Part shown: positions 1 through 10,780 of the stretch, one piece after another
Layout: every line of letters starts with the position of its first letter
How positions within the stretch are numbered: position 1 is the stretch's first letter
Assembly: GCF_902713615.1 (NCBI RefSeq)
Contig: NC_052158.1
Coordinates: 52,856,823 to 52,920,822 of the forward strand
Reading direction: 5' to 3'
Origin: Scyliorhinus canicula
Lineage: Eukaryota
DNA: 64,000 nucleotides
Translations under genes and position numbers: made by a program
Notes under the pieces: model-generated
Told to the model about the DNA's origin: nothing
The model's database searches: none
Seen by the model: only the letters and a program-made list of their open reading frames with translations

Positions 1-1005
1 AGTCAGTGTGGACATGCCGAATTTCCTTAGTTTCCTGAGGAAGTATAGGTGCTGTTGTGCTTTCTTGGTGGTAGCGTCGACGTGAGTGGACCAGGACAGT
101 TTTTTGGTGACATGCACCCCTCAGAATTTGAAACTGCTAACCATCTCCACCTCAGCCCCGTTGATGCTGACAGGGGTGTGTACAGTACTTTGCTTCCTGA
201 AGTCAATGACCAGCTCTTTAGTTTTGCTGGCATTGAGGGAGAGATTATTGTCATTGCACCACTCCACTAGGTTCTCTATCTCCCTCCTGTATTCGGACTC
301 GTCGTTATTCGAGATCCGGCCCACTATGGTCGTATCGTCAACAAACTTGTAGATGGAGTTGGAACCAAATTTTGCCATGCAGTCGTGTGTGTACAGGGAG
401 TAGAGTAGGGGGCTAAGTACGCAGCCTTGCGGGGCACCGGTATTGAGGACTATTGTGGGGGAGGTGTTGTTGTTTATTCTTACTGATTGTGGTCTGTGGG
501 TTAGAAAGTTGAGGATCCAGTTGCAGAGTGGGGAGCCAAGTCCTCGGTTTTGGAGCTTCGATGTGATCTTGGCTGGGATTGTGGTGTTGAAGGCAGAGCT
601 GCAGTCAATAAATAGGAGTCTGATGTAGGAGTCCTTGTTGTCGAGAGGCTCGAGGGATGAGTGTAAGGCCAGGGAGATGTAGACTGGTTGCGGCGGGATG
701 CCAATTGCAGTGGATCAAGGCGTTCCGGGAGTATGGAGTCGATGCGCTTCATGGCCAACCTCTCGAAGCACTTCATTACGATCGATGTCAGGGCCATCGG
801 ATGGTAGTCATTGAGTAACGTTCTCTGGTTCTTCTTTGGCACCGGTATGATGGTGGTCTTCTTGCCAGCTGGTCCGCGAAGGCTCTGAGTTCACGACCAG
901 GGATCCCATCCAGACCCGTCATCTTCCAAGGGTTCACTTTCAGGAAGGCCGATCTGAATTCAGAAGCTTTGACGGTGGGTTTGGGTGTGTTTTGGGCGGC
1001 TGGGC
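1..1005 (-). mobile_element. Rex1/Babar-type LINE RT fragments, internally deleted
   Basis: [52 protein letters not shown] and NDYHPMALTSIVMKCFERL RT motifs. Confidence 0.8.
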
Positions 1006-1146
1006 CATTCGACAGCAGAATTAAGAAGGTTCCTCTCACACACAAAGTGTCACATTACAGCCACCTTGCTGAACAATCCCACAGCCCTGGGCCTGCTCAC
1101 ACCAGGCTCTGCACCCCTTCACCATGTCAACATTCCTCCCTGGTTC

Positions 1147-1808
1147 AAAAAAAGAACAAAGAAAGGTACAGCACAGGAACAGGCCCTTCGGCCCTCCAAG
1201 CCTGCGCCGATCATGCTGCCCGACTAAACTAAAATCTTCTCCACTTCCGGGGCCTGTATCCCTCTATTCCCATCCTATTCATGTATTTGTCAAGATGCCC
1301 CTTAAATGTCACGATCGTCTCTGCTTCCACCACCTCCTCCGGCAGCGAGTTCCAGGCCCCCACTACCATCTGTGTAAAAAACTTGCCTCGTACATCTCCT
1401 CTAAACCTTGCCCCTCGCACCTTAAACCTATGCCCCCTAGTAATTGACCCCCCTATCCTGGAAAAAAGTCTCTGACTTTTAACTCTGTCTATGCCCCTCA
1501 TAATTTTGTAGACCTCTATCAGGTCGCCCCTCGACCTCCTTCATTCCAGTGAGAACAAACCAAGTTCATTCAACTGCTCCTCATAGCTAATGCCCTCCAT
1601 ACCAGGCAACATCCTGGTAAATCTCTTCTGCACCCTCTCCAAAGCATCCACATCCTTCTGGTAGTGTGGCGACCAAAATTGAACACTATACTCCAAGTGT
1701 GGCCCAACTAAGGTTCTATACAGCTGTAACATGACTTGCCAATTTTTATCCTCAATGCCCCGGCCAATGAAGGCACGTATGCCTTTTTGCCTTCTTGACT
1801 ACCTTCTT
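1147..1808 (-). mobile_element. CR1 LINE 3' fragment inserted into a duplicated host segment
   Basis: LYRTLVGPHLEYSVQFWSP and RGHRFKVRG...FFTQMVVGAWNSLP motifs; (AAGAAC)-type tail at 1147-1160. The flanks are contiguous in the paralogous copy near 8680. Confidence 0.9.
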
Positions 1809-1939
1809 TGAGTGACACTGTGGACCTGTACACTTACTCTACTTGTGCTCTCATCTCTGCTCACAACAGTCCCCCACCCAGTGCACCCTCACCCCCTTAC
1901 TCGCTCTTCTTCCCTGAGCCGGGTGGATAGGAGTGAGGT

Positions 1940-2905
1940 GGATGGGCCGGGGGGGGTCCAGGAGTTGGGAGAGCAGAGCCGGGGTGGGGGGGGGGGGGTA
2001 TCAGGAGTTTGGGGGGGGGGAGCCGGGGGGATATCAGGAGTTGGGGAGTAGAGCCGGGATGGGATATCAGGAGTTGGGGGTGGGGGGGAGCCAGGGGGAT
2101 ATCAGGAGTGGGGGGGATGGGCTGGGGGGGGAATCAGGAGTGGGGGGGCACAGCCGGGGGGGGGGGGGGGGGGGAAATCAGGAGTTGGGGAGCAGAGCCG
2201 GGGTAGGGGGGAATATCAGGAGTTGGGGAGCAGAGCAGGGGGGGATATCAGGAGTTGGGGGGATGGGCCGGGGGATATCAGGAGTTGGGGAGCAGAGCTG
2301 GGGTAGGGGGGATATCAGGAGTTGGGGAGCAGAGCAGGGGGGGATATCAGGAGTTGGGGGGATGGGCCGGGGGATATCAGGAGTTGGGGAGCAGAGCTGG
2401 GGTAGGGGGGATATCAGGAGTTGGGGAGCAGAGCAGGGGGGGATATCAGGAGTTGGGGGGATGGGCCGGGGGATATCAGGAGTTGGGGAGCAGAGCCGGG
2501 GTAGGGGGGAATATCAGGAGTTGGGGAGCAGAGCCGGGGTAGGGGGGAATATCAGGAGTTGGGGAGCAGAGCAGGGGGGGATATCAGGAGTTGGGGGGAT
2601 GGGCCGGGGGATATCAGGAGTTGGGGAGCACAGCCGGGGGGGGGGGATATCAGGAGTTGGGGAGCAGAGCCGGGGTAGGGGGGAATATCAGGAGTTGGGG
2701 AGCAGAGCCGGAGGGGGGATATCAGGAGTTGGGGAGCAGAGCCGGGGGGATATCAAGAGTTGGGGAGCAGAGCCGGGGGGATATCAAGAGTTGGGGAGCA
2801 GAGCCGGGGGGGATATCAGGAGTTGGGGGGATGGGCCGGGGGATATCAGGAGTTGGGGAGCAGAGCCGGGATGATATCAGGAGTTGGGGAGCAGAGCTGG
2901 GGTGT
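1940..2905. repeat. G-rich ~30-bp minisatellite (GGGGGATATCAGGAGTTGGGGAGCAGAGCC) with higher-order variants
   Basis: Directly visible tandem array of about 30 units; the long Gly-rich ORFs here are artefacts of the repeat. Confidence 0.95.
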
Positions 2906-3149
2906 CGAAAGTGCGGTCAAAATGCTGGAACTCCCTCACTAACAGCACAGTGGGCTGATCTACACCCCACGAACTGCAGACGTTCAAGAAGGCAGCTTAA
3001 CACCACCTTCTGAAGGGTAACAAGGGCTGGGCAATAAATGCGGGCCTAATCAGCGATGTTCATATTCCATAAATTAATTTTTACAAAGGTTGATGCGGAG
3101 TTGGACCATTTGGAGCATCCGGGCATCATTCAAACAGTTCAGTTCTTTC

Positions 3150-4020
3150 ATGGATAGGATGGGTATAGAGGGATACGGCACAAGGATGGGTATAGAGGGA
3201 TACGGCACAAGGATGGGTATAGAGGGATACGGCACAAGGATGGGTATAGAGGGATACGGCACAAGGATGGGTATAGAGGGATACGGCACAAGGATGGGTA
3301 TAGAGGGATATGGCACAAGGATGGGTATAGAGAGATACGGCACAAGGATGGGTATAGAGAGATACGGCACAAGGATGGGTATAGAGAGATACGGCACAAG
3401 GATGGGTATAGGGATACAGCACAAGGATGGGTATAGAGGGATACGGCACAAGGATGGGTATAGAGGGATACAGCACAAGGATGGGTATAGAGGCATACGG
3501 CACAAGGATGGGTATAGAGGGATACGGCACAAGGATGGGTATAGAGGGATACGGCACAAGGATGGGTATAGAGGCATATGGCACAAGGATGGGTATAGAG
3601 GGATACAGCACAAGGATGGGTATAGAGGCATACGGCACAAGGATGGGTATAGAGGGATACGGCACAAGGATGGGTATAGAGGGATACGGCACAAGGATGG
3701 GTATAGAGGGATATGGCACAAGGATGGGTATAGAGAGATACGGCACAAGGATGGGTATAGAGGCATATGGCACAAGGATGGGTATAGAGGGATACGGCAC
3801 AAGGAATGGTATAGAGGGATACGGCACAAGGATGGGTATAGAGGGATACGGCACAAGGATGGGTATAGAGGGATACGGCACAAGGATGGGTATAGAGGGA
3901 TACAGCACAAGGATGGGTATAGAGGGATACGGCACAAGGATGGGTATAGAGGCATACGGCACAAGGATGGATATAGAGAGATACGGCACAAGGATGGGTA
4001 TAGAGGGATACGGCACAAGG
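3150..4020. repeat. 27-bp minisatellite (GGATGGGTATAGAGGGATACGGCACAA)n inside a CR1 3' end
   Basis: About 32 tandem units encoding RMGIEGYGT, the same as the CR1 ORF2 terminus RMGIEGY. Followed by CR1 3' UTR (ggagggccgaagggcctgttcctgtgctg) and tail. Confidence 0.93.
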
Positions 4021-4119
4021 AAGTGCTGAGGGTTTGGCAAAGATTGGTATCATGATCTGTACAGGCTGGAGGGCCGAAGGGCCTGTTCCTGTGCTGTATT
4101 GTTCTTCTTTGTTCTTTAA

Positions 4120-4450
4120 CCAGGACGGCTGCTGCTCTGGTATCCGGCTCCAATTGGATGGAGTGTCTGTTTACCTGTAGGGTCACCAGGATGGGGGTAA
4201 CCCGTGGGGCCCTTACACAGTACAGCTGATGGTAGGGGGAGTCTTCCGCACCCGTGTGGTAGGCCCGGTCAGGTGGGCTTCGATTGGCCCGGTCACGGCG
4301 GCTGGGTGGTTCCTGTCCATAATCACCATCCTCGAGGGAAAGCTTGCGGTAGCCTTCGGGGCCTCTGCACCAGTCACCATCTTCAGGCATACCAAATAAT
4401 GGGGTGTCAACCTAGTTATGTACAACACAGGACTACTTGTGTGCCAAACA
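4120..4450 (-). mobile_element. Ty3/Gypsy gag-protease fragment
   Basis: RVTPILVTLQVNRHSIQLEPDTRAAAV (degenerate DTGA protease motif); similar to 11400-11760 and 59540-59900. Confidence 0.6.
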
Positions 4451-6242
4451 AGATAAGCAGTAAGTAATAGATAGAGCGAAGGAATGACGCCACAACCAAT
4501 ATATCAGATCTGAGCTCTGCAGTCCTGCCATATTCAGCTGTGAATGGTGGTGGACAATTAATTGGAAAAGGAGGCTCCACAAATATCCCCATCCTCAATG
4601 ATGGAGGCGCCCAGCATATCAATGACGAGTGCAGGAGGGCATTCCAGGAGCAGCACCAGCCATACCTAAAAAATGAGGTGTCAAACAACAGAAGCAACAA
4701 GTAATAGACAGAGCTAATCAATCCCACAACTAACAGATCAGATCTAAGCTCTGCAATCCAAATCAGATGTTTATGGGAACACCGCCCGGCTGGGGTCTCC
4801 TCAGCGAGGCCGGTTGATGTCGCGAGGCCGATCGATCCTGCGAAGGTAGAGGTAAGTCAGCTTTTAAGTCTACTTCACTCTGCTAGACTGGATTCTGCCC
4901 ATCTAACCAGATCTCGCGGGGCGTAATGGCTGTCGGAAATCCTGGAAGAGGGAATCTCCTGACATGTACGATGGAACACGGCTGGTCGATGGTAGCCGTA
5001 GAGCTCAGATGGGTTGAATAGCCACAGGTTTCCCACTAATATTCCAAAGCCAAGACCACCACCATCTAAAAGGACAAGGGCAGCAGATACCTACCATTCC
5101 TCGACAAGTCACTCATCACCCTGACTTGGAAATATATCGCCCCTCCTTCACTGGTTCAAAATCTGGGAACTCCTTCCCTAACAGCACTGTGGGTGCGGCT
5201 ACACCACATGGGCTGAGTGGTCAAAGGCAGCTCATCACACCTTCTCAAGGACAACGGAGGATGGGCAATCAATGTTGGTGTAACCAGCGACACAAACATT
5301 CTTTGAAATAATACAAAATGTGCTGAAAGACATTTGGTGGAGGTGGTTCCCCAAACAGGAAGAGACCCTGGGAGGGTGTCCCAACTCTCTGAAATAGCCT
5401 GTGGGGGGGGAGGGGGTGAACCCCAGATAGTGGGGAAGATGATCCCCATACACTGAGAGCCTGTGGAACAGTGGGGTGACCGTACCCAGGGTCTAATGGA
5501 GAGGAGGTCCCCTTGGCTGGAAACAGGGATGATGAATCTTACACAGACTGATCCCAAAATGGAGGCTCAGAGAGCGAGAGTGAGGGCCATTACTAAATGC
5601 AAATGGAGCAGGGCGGCTCTGCTCTCTCCCCTCTCCTTGTGTGGGGTTGGTGTTTGGGACTTGCTCTGATGTCTTTCTCTCTCTCTCTTGTATTGGTGAG
5701 TCCCAGTATTCCTGGCTTCTGCTCCTGGCAGCACTCTGGTCCTAGCCTTAATGGCTCCAGACAGTTCTCTGGGATGTCTCTCCCTGGACTCCGGGTCCCT
5801 TCCCCAGTCTCTCTTACCCACCTGGCTCTGCTCCATGTTCTCCTCTCTTCCCTCTCCTCTCTCTCTGCTGAGTCTCTGGGCCCTGGCCTTGTTCCATGCT
5901 CCCTTGCGGGTCCCACTTCTGCTGTACAAGACCTATTCCAGCCTCCTTCCCCATACTCCATTGCCTCCGCCTCTCAACCTCTCCTGCTGACCCCTTCCTG
6001 CTCTCACTTTAGGCCTCAGGCCTGGCTGTGGAGGTGACCTACTTTTCCAGGCAAAAGGCAGTTTGACTTGAGACTGGGTGGTTACTAATTGATTGGGGGA
6101 CAAGGTGCTGCTGCGAGACAAAAGGGGGTTTCCGGAGACTATCCTAGCAGGGCACGGTGATGGAGAGGGAGGGGAGCAGGTCTAATGCAATCCTGTGGAG
6201 TTAATACTTTGGTTCACTAACTCACAAAATTTACAGACCCAT

Positions 6243-6730
6243 CAGCTTGGTGGGTTAACACTGCTGCCTCTCAGCTCCAGAAACCTGGGTCCAATTCTGA
6301 TCTTGTGAGTGGCCTTCTGGCCATTCTCTGTGTGGAGTTTGCACTTTCTCTCCCCGTGTGTGCGTGGGTTTCCTACGGCTGCTCTGGTTTCCTCCCACAG
6401 TCCAAAGATGTGCAGGTTAGATGGATTGGCCATGCTAAATTGTTCCTTAGTGTCCGGGATTGGCCATGTTAAATTGTCCCTTAGTGTCCTGATAAAGGAG
6501 CTGTGCGCCGAAAGCTAGTGATTCCAAACAAACCGGACTTTAACTTGGTGTTGTAATACTTCTTACTATGCCCACCCCAGTCCAACATCGGCATCTCCAT
6601 ATCATCCTAAAGATTAGTTGGAGTTACTGGGTTATGGGGATGGATGGAGGCGTGGGCAATCTTTCCTCGGGCCAGTACAGACTCTATGGGTCGAATGGCC
6701 TCCATCTGCACTGCAGGGATTCTAAATGAT
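6243..6730 (+). mobile_element. Degenerate V-SINE containing a Penelope-like terminal fragment (~6483-6605)
   Basis: V-domain gtgggtttcc...ctctggtttcctcccacagtccaaaga; the insert (ccgaaagctag...ccccagtccaac...catctcc) resembles PLE terminal repeats. Confidence 0.6.
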
Positions 6731-6751
6731 CTCCATGTTGTCTCCCAGAAC

Positions 6752-7967
6752 TAGAACATAGAACATAGAACATTACAGCGCAGTACAGGCCCATCGGCCC
6801 AAGATGTTGCGCCGTCCTGTGAAACCCCTCTAAAGTCCCTCTACACTATTCCCTTATAGTCCATATGCCTATCCAATGACCATTTGAATGCGTTTAGTGT
6901 TGGCGAGTCCACTACTGTTGCAGACAGGACATTCCACGCCCTTACTACTCTCTGAGTAAAGAACCTACCTCTGACATCTGTCCTATATCTATCTCCCCTC
7001 AATTTAAAGCTATGTCCCCTTGTGCTGGACATCACCATCCAAGGAAAAAGGCTCTCACTGTCCACCCTACCTAATCCTCTGATCATCTTGTATGCCTCAA
7101 TTAAGTCACCTCTTAACCTTCTTCTCTCTAACGAAAACAGCCTCAAGTCCTTCAGCCTTTCCTCATATGATCTTCCCTCCATACAAGGCAACATTCTTGT
7201 AAATCTCCTCTGTACCCTTTCCAATGCTTCCACATTCTTCCTATAATATGGCGACCAGAACTGCACGGAATACTCCAAATGCGGCCGCACCAGAGTTTTG
7301 TACAACTGCAACATGACCTCATGGCTCAGAAACTCAATTCCTCTACCAATAAAAGCTAACACGCCGTACGCCTTCTTAACAACCCTCTCAACCTGGGTGG
7401 CAACTTTCAGGGATCTATGGACATGGACACCGAGAGATCTCTGCTCATCCACACTACCAAGAATCTTACCATTAGCCCAGTACTCTGCCTTTCTGTTATT
7501 CCTTCCAAAATGAATCACCTCACACTTTTCTGCATTAAACTCCATTTTGCACCTGTCAGCCCAGCTCTGCAGCTTATCTATGTCCCTCTGTAACTTGTAA
7601 CATCCTTCTGAACTGTCCACAACTCCACCGACTTTAGTGTCATCTGCAAATTTACTAACCCATCCTTCTACGCCCTCCTCCGCGTCATTGATAAAAATGA
7701 CAAACAGCAGCGGCCCCAAAACAGATCCTTGTGGTACACCACTAGTAACTGGACACCAGTCAGAGCATTTCCCCATCAACCACCACTCTTTGTCTTCTGT
7801 CAGCTATCCAATTTCTGATCCAAACCGCTAAATTACCCTGAATCCCATGCCTCTGTATTTTCTGCAATAGCCTACCGTGGGGAACCTTATCAAACGCTTA
7901 CTGAAATCCATATACACCACATCAACTGCTTTACCCTCATCCACCTGTTTGGTCACCTTCTCAAACT
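6752..7967 (-). mobile_element. 5'-truncated CR1 LINE with an open 312-aa RT C-terminal frame
   Basis: GVPQGSVLGPLLF, KFADDTK and LVRPHLEYSVQFWSP motifs; (TAGAACA)n tail at 6752. Confidence 0.95.
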
Positions 7968-8051
7968 AGGGAACAAATGAGACAAAGAGTCTGAATACAA
8001 TTCCTGATAAGATGGGCCAGTTGATATCCCTTCACTCAGGGTCTCTCCCAG

Positions 8052-8187
8052 TTCTGGGAAATTCCCTTCACTTCCCAATTCCTCATCCTGAATCCCTGCT
8101 TCCCAATAAAACCACAGCAAACACTCCCTCGTCCCCTCCCCCAATCTTAGCGATTCCCGGAAACGACAACAATTCCGGGAAACTCCC
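8052..8187. promoter_or_regulatory. Cluster of STAT (GAS) and NF-kB sites
   Basis: TTCTGGGAA (8052-8060) overlaps GGGAAATTCCC (8056-8066); TTCCCGGAA at 8154-8162; TTCCGGGAA (8173-8181) overlaps GGGAAACTCCC (8177-8187). CCAAT at 8103 and 8141; GC-box-like cccgccc near 8217. Confidence 0.8.
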
Positions 8188-8238
8188 GGTCAAAGCGGGA
8201 GGAGTTGGGGTACCTTCCCGCCCTGAGGGAGAGAGACA

Positions 8239-8305
8239 GGCCAATCAGAATAAAGAGCTGAGATGAATCATCTGTTGCCGGGCAGAGTCTGAGAATTCAG
8301 GTTGT
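8239..8305 (-). promoter_or_regulatory. MHC-type S-X1-X2-Y enhanceosome module (RFX/CREB-AP1/NF-Y)
   Basis: Minus strand reads ACAACCT-16nt-CCCGGCAACAGATG/TGATTCA-TCTCAGCTCTTTATT(15nt)-CTGATTGGCC. The HLA-DRA module as I recall it is GGACCCT-16nt-CCTAGCAACAGATG/TGCGTCA-TCTCAAAATATTTTT-CTGATTGGCC, so both sequence and spacing match. Confidence 0.88.
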
Positions 8306-8368
8306 TTCCAGTCAGCCGAGCTAAGGAACAGCCTCTGCCGCCCCCCTGTGGAGAAAGAGGGAACTGCA

Positions 8369-8533
8369 ATGGCTCATTCATTGCTGGAGAATGGAGACTG
8401 GAGGGGGCTGACAGAGAGAGAGTACAGCAGCAAAGAGAAACCCCTCCATTCTCCTTCTGAAGAGGCTTCAGGAACAGAGGGACCTGGGGGTCTATGATTC
8501 CATCTGTGAACAAGGGCAGTTGGTTCTCATTGG
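8369..8533 (+). other. Candidate first exon of an unidentified gene next to the SXY/kB/GAS promoter
   Basis: ATG at 8369 in good context (gcaATGG); 42-aa ORF stops at 8497; donor-like GG|gtgagg at 8534. One extra AG in the (AG)5 run at 8413-8422 would open the frame through to the donor. No homolog recognised. Confidence 0.3.
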
Positions 8534-9084
8534 GTGAGGATTTAGTCTGAGAGCTGAATTAGGAAGATTTCTCTCACACACAAAGTATCACATTACAGTC
8601 ACCTTGCTGAACAATCCCACACCCCTGGGTCTGCTCACAGCAGGCTCTGCACCCCTTCAACATGTCAACATTCTTCCCCGGTTCTTGTGCTCTCATCTCT
8701 GCTCACAACTGCAACCCCCCTCCCCCCACCCCTCCAACCCACTGCACCCCCCCACCCCTCCAACCCACTGCACCCTCCCCCCTCACTCGCCCTTTTCCTT
8801 CCCTGAGCTACTCTCCTACCTACCTCTCGAATACCCTCCAGATTCCCACAGCTCCTAAAGTCCTGCTCTTGTTCACGAGATGCTCTCCCTCCTCCTCCCC
8901 AAGGCACCACTGGCAAATTCCACCCTCCCTCCAGCCCGTCTCTCTCCCCACCCTCCACCCAGCACCACTTACTGGACCCTCCCACCGCCTCCCCCTGCAG
9001 CCACTATCCAGCCCATGTCGGAGAGTCAGGAGTGGTTTTGTAGTTCAAAGGAGTTATTGTGGGCAGAGGTGCAGAGCTGGGGGA

Positions 9085-9300
9085 AGTCAGGAGTTGGGGG
9101 AGCAGAGCCAAGGGGATATCAGGAGTTGGGGAGCAGAGCCGGGGGGATATCAGGAGTTGGGGGAGCAGAGCCGGGGGGATATCAGGAGTTGGGGAGCAGA
9201 GCCGGGGGGATATCAGGAGTTGGGGGAGCAGAGCCGAGGGGATATCAGGAGTTGGGGAGCAGAGCCGGGGGGATATCAGGAGTTGGGGAGCAGAGCCGGT
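9085..9300. repeat. Second, shorter array of the 30-bp G-rich minisatellite
   Basis: About 7 units of GGGGGATATCAGGAGTTGGGGAGCAGAGCC; ends in ggtgtcga like the first array. Confidence 0.93.
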
Positions 9301-9304
9301 GTGT

Positions 9305-9660
9305 CGAGGTAGACCGCGACCTGGATGGAAGTTTTCCACAACCTGCTGGAAAATGGCACACACCGAGGAAACCCTGAAAGGTAAACGGATGTACCCGTAC
9401 AGGCCCTGGATGTGTGAAATGCCACAAGTCATGTCCAGCTTTGTGACTGTGCAACCTCCGCTGAGCTCACATACAGGTCCTCAATTCGGGGGCCGGGGAA
9501 CGGTCCAAACAAGAGACCCGGTTTACTGCCATTTTGTAGTCACCACACAAGTGAACGGAGCCATTGGACTTCAGAACAGGGACGACCGGGGAAGCCCAAT
9601 CCGAGAACTAAACTACTTGAATTATGACCAGATGCTCCAAATGATTCAATCCTTATCAAC
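9305..9660 (-). mobile_element. Gypsy RT fragment
   Basis: THKGLYxYIRLPFRVSSVCAIFQQVVEN-like RT motif. Confidence 0.7.
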
Positions 9661-10089
9661 CTTTTAAAAAATTCAGTTATGGGATGTGAGCATTTCTGGT
9701 TAGGCCAGCATTTATCGCCCACCACTAGTTGCCCTTCGGAAGATGGTGAATCACTTTCTTGAACCGCTACAGTTCCTGGGGTGTAGGTACACCCGCTGTG
9801 CTGTTAGGGAGGGAGTTCCAGGATGTTGCCCCAGCGACAGTGAAGCAACGGCGATACATGCCCAAGTCAAGATGGTGAGTGACTTCCAGGTGGTGAGGTT
9901 CTCAAGTATCTGCTGCTCTTGTCCTTCTAGATGGTAGTGGTCGTGGGTTTGGAAGGTGCTGCCTAAGGAACCTTGGCGAGTTCCTGCAGTACATCTTGGA
10001 GATGGCGCAGTGATGTCCTTCAGGCACAGGGCATACACGGCCAGTCGGGCTAAATCCAGCACAGTTGTGCCTGCGGGTCCATACGACCA

Positions 10090-10780
10090 TAAGACATAGG
10101 AGCAGGATTGGGCCACAGAGCCTTCTACAGCCTCAGAAGTACGTTTTCTGGTCTTGTATTCTAGCCCTCTCGACATGAATGCTAACATTGCATTTGCCTT
10201 CTTAACTACTGACAACCTGCACATTAACCTTAAGAGAATCATGAACAAGGACTCCCAAGTCCCTTTGTGATTCTGCTTTCCTAAGCATTTCCCCATTTAG
10301 AAAATAGTCTATGCCTAAATTCCTCCTTCCAAAGTGCATAACCTTACACTTTTCCACATTGTATTTCATTTGCCACTTCATTGCCTGTCCAAATCCTTCT
10401 GCAGCCCCCTTTCTTCCTCAATACTACCTGTCCCTCTACAGATCTTTGTATCATCTGCAAACTCAGCAACAATGAAAAATTGTGGTCCCAGCACAGACCC
10501 CTGAGGCACACCACTAGTCGCCGGCTGCCATCCTGAAAAAGACCTCTTTATCCCCACTCTCTGCCTTCTGCCAGTCAGCCAATCCTCTGTCCATGCCAGA
10601 ATCTTACCCTTAACACCATGGGCTCTGAACTTATTTAACAGTCTCCTATGCGGCACCTTATCAAAGGCCTTCTGGAAATCTAAATAAATCACATCCACCG
10701 GTTCTCCTTTGTCTAATTTCCTTGTTACCTCCTCAAAGAACTCTAACAGATTTGTCAGACACGACCTCTTTGTCCACACT
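10090..10780 (-). mobile_element. CR1 fragments, deleted
   Basis: RSCLTNLLEFFEEVT, YLDFQKAFDKVPH, GVPQGSVLGP and FADDTK motifs. Confidence 0.9.

Noticed and set aside
3150-4020. Possible CRISPR-like array
   Set aside because: Head-to-tail repeats without unique spacers, in eukaryotic DNA.
1933-4390. Long Gly-rich and PSLCRIPLY-type ORFs
   Set aside because: Produced by stop-poor minisatellite units; no protein family features.
8570-8700. Minus-strand Cys-rich peptide (GCRACCEQTQGCGIVQQGDCNVILCV) resembling an RBR/Rcat motif
   Set aside because: Cys/His spacing does not fit, there is no acceptor, and it lies in a probable intron of the duplicated unit.
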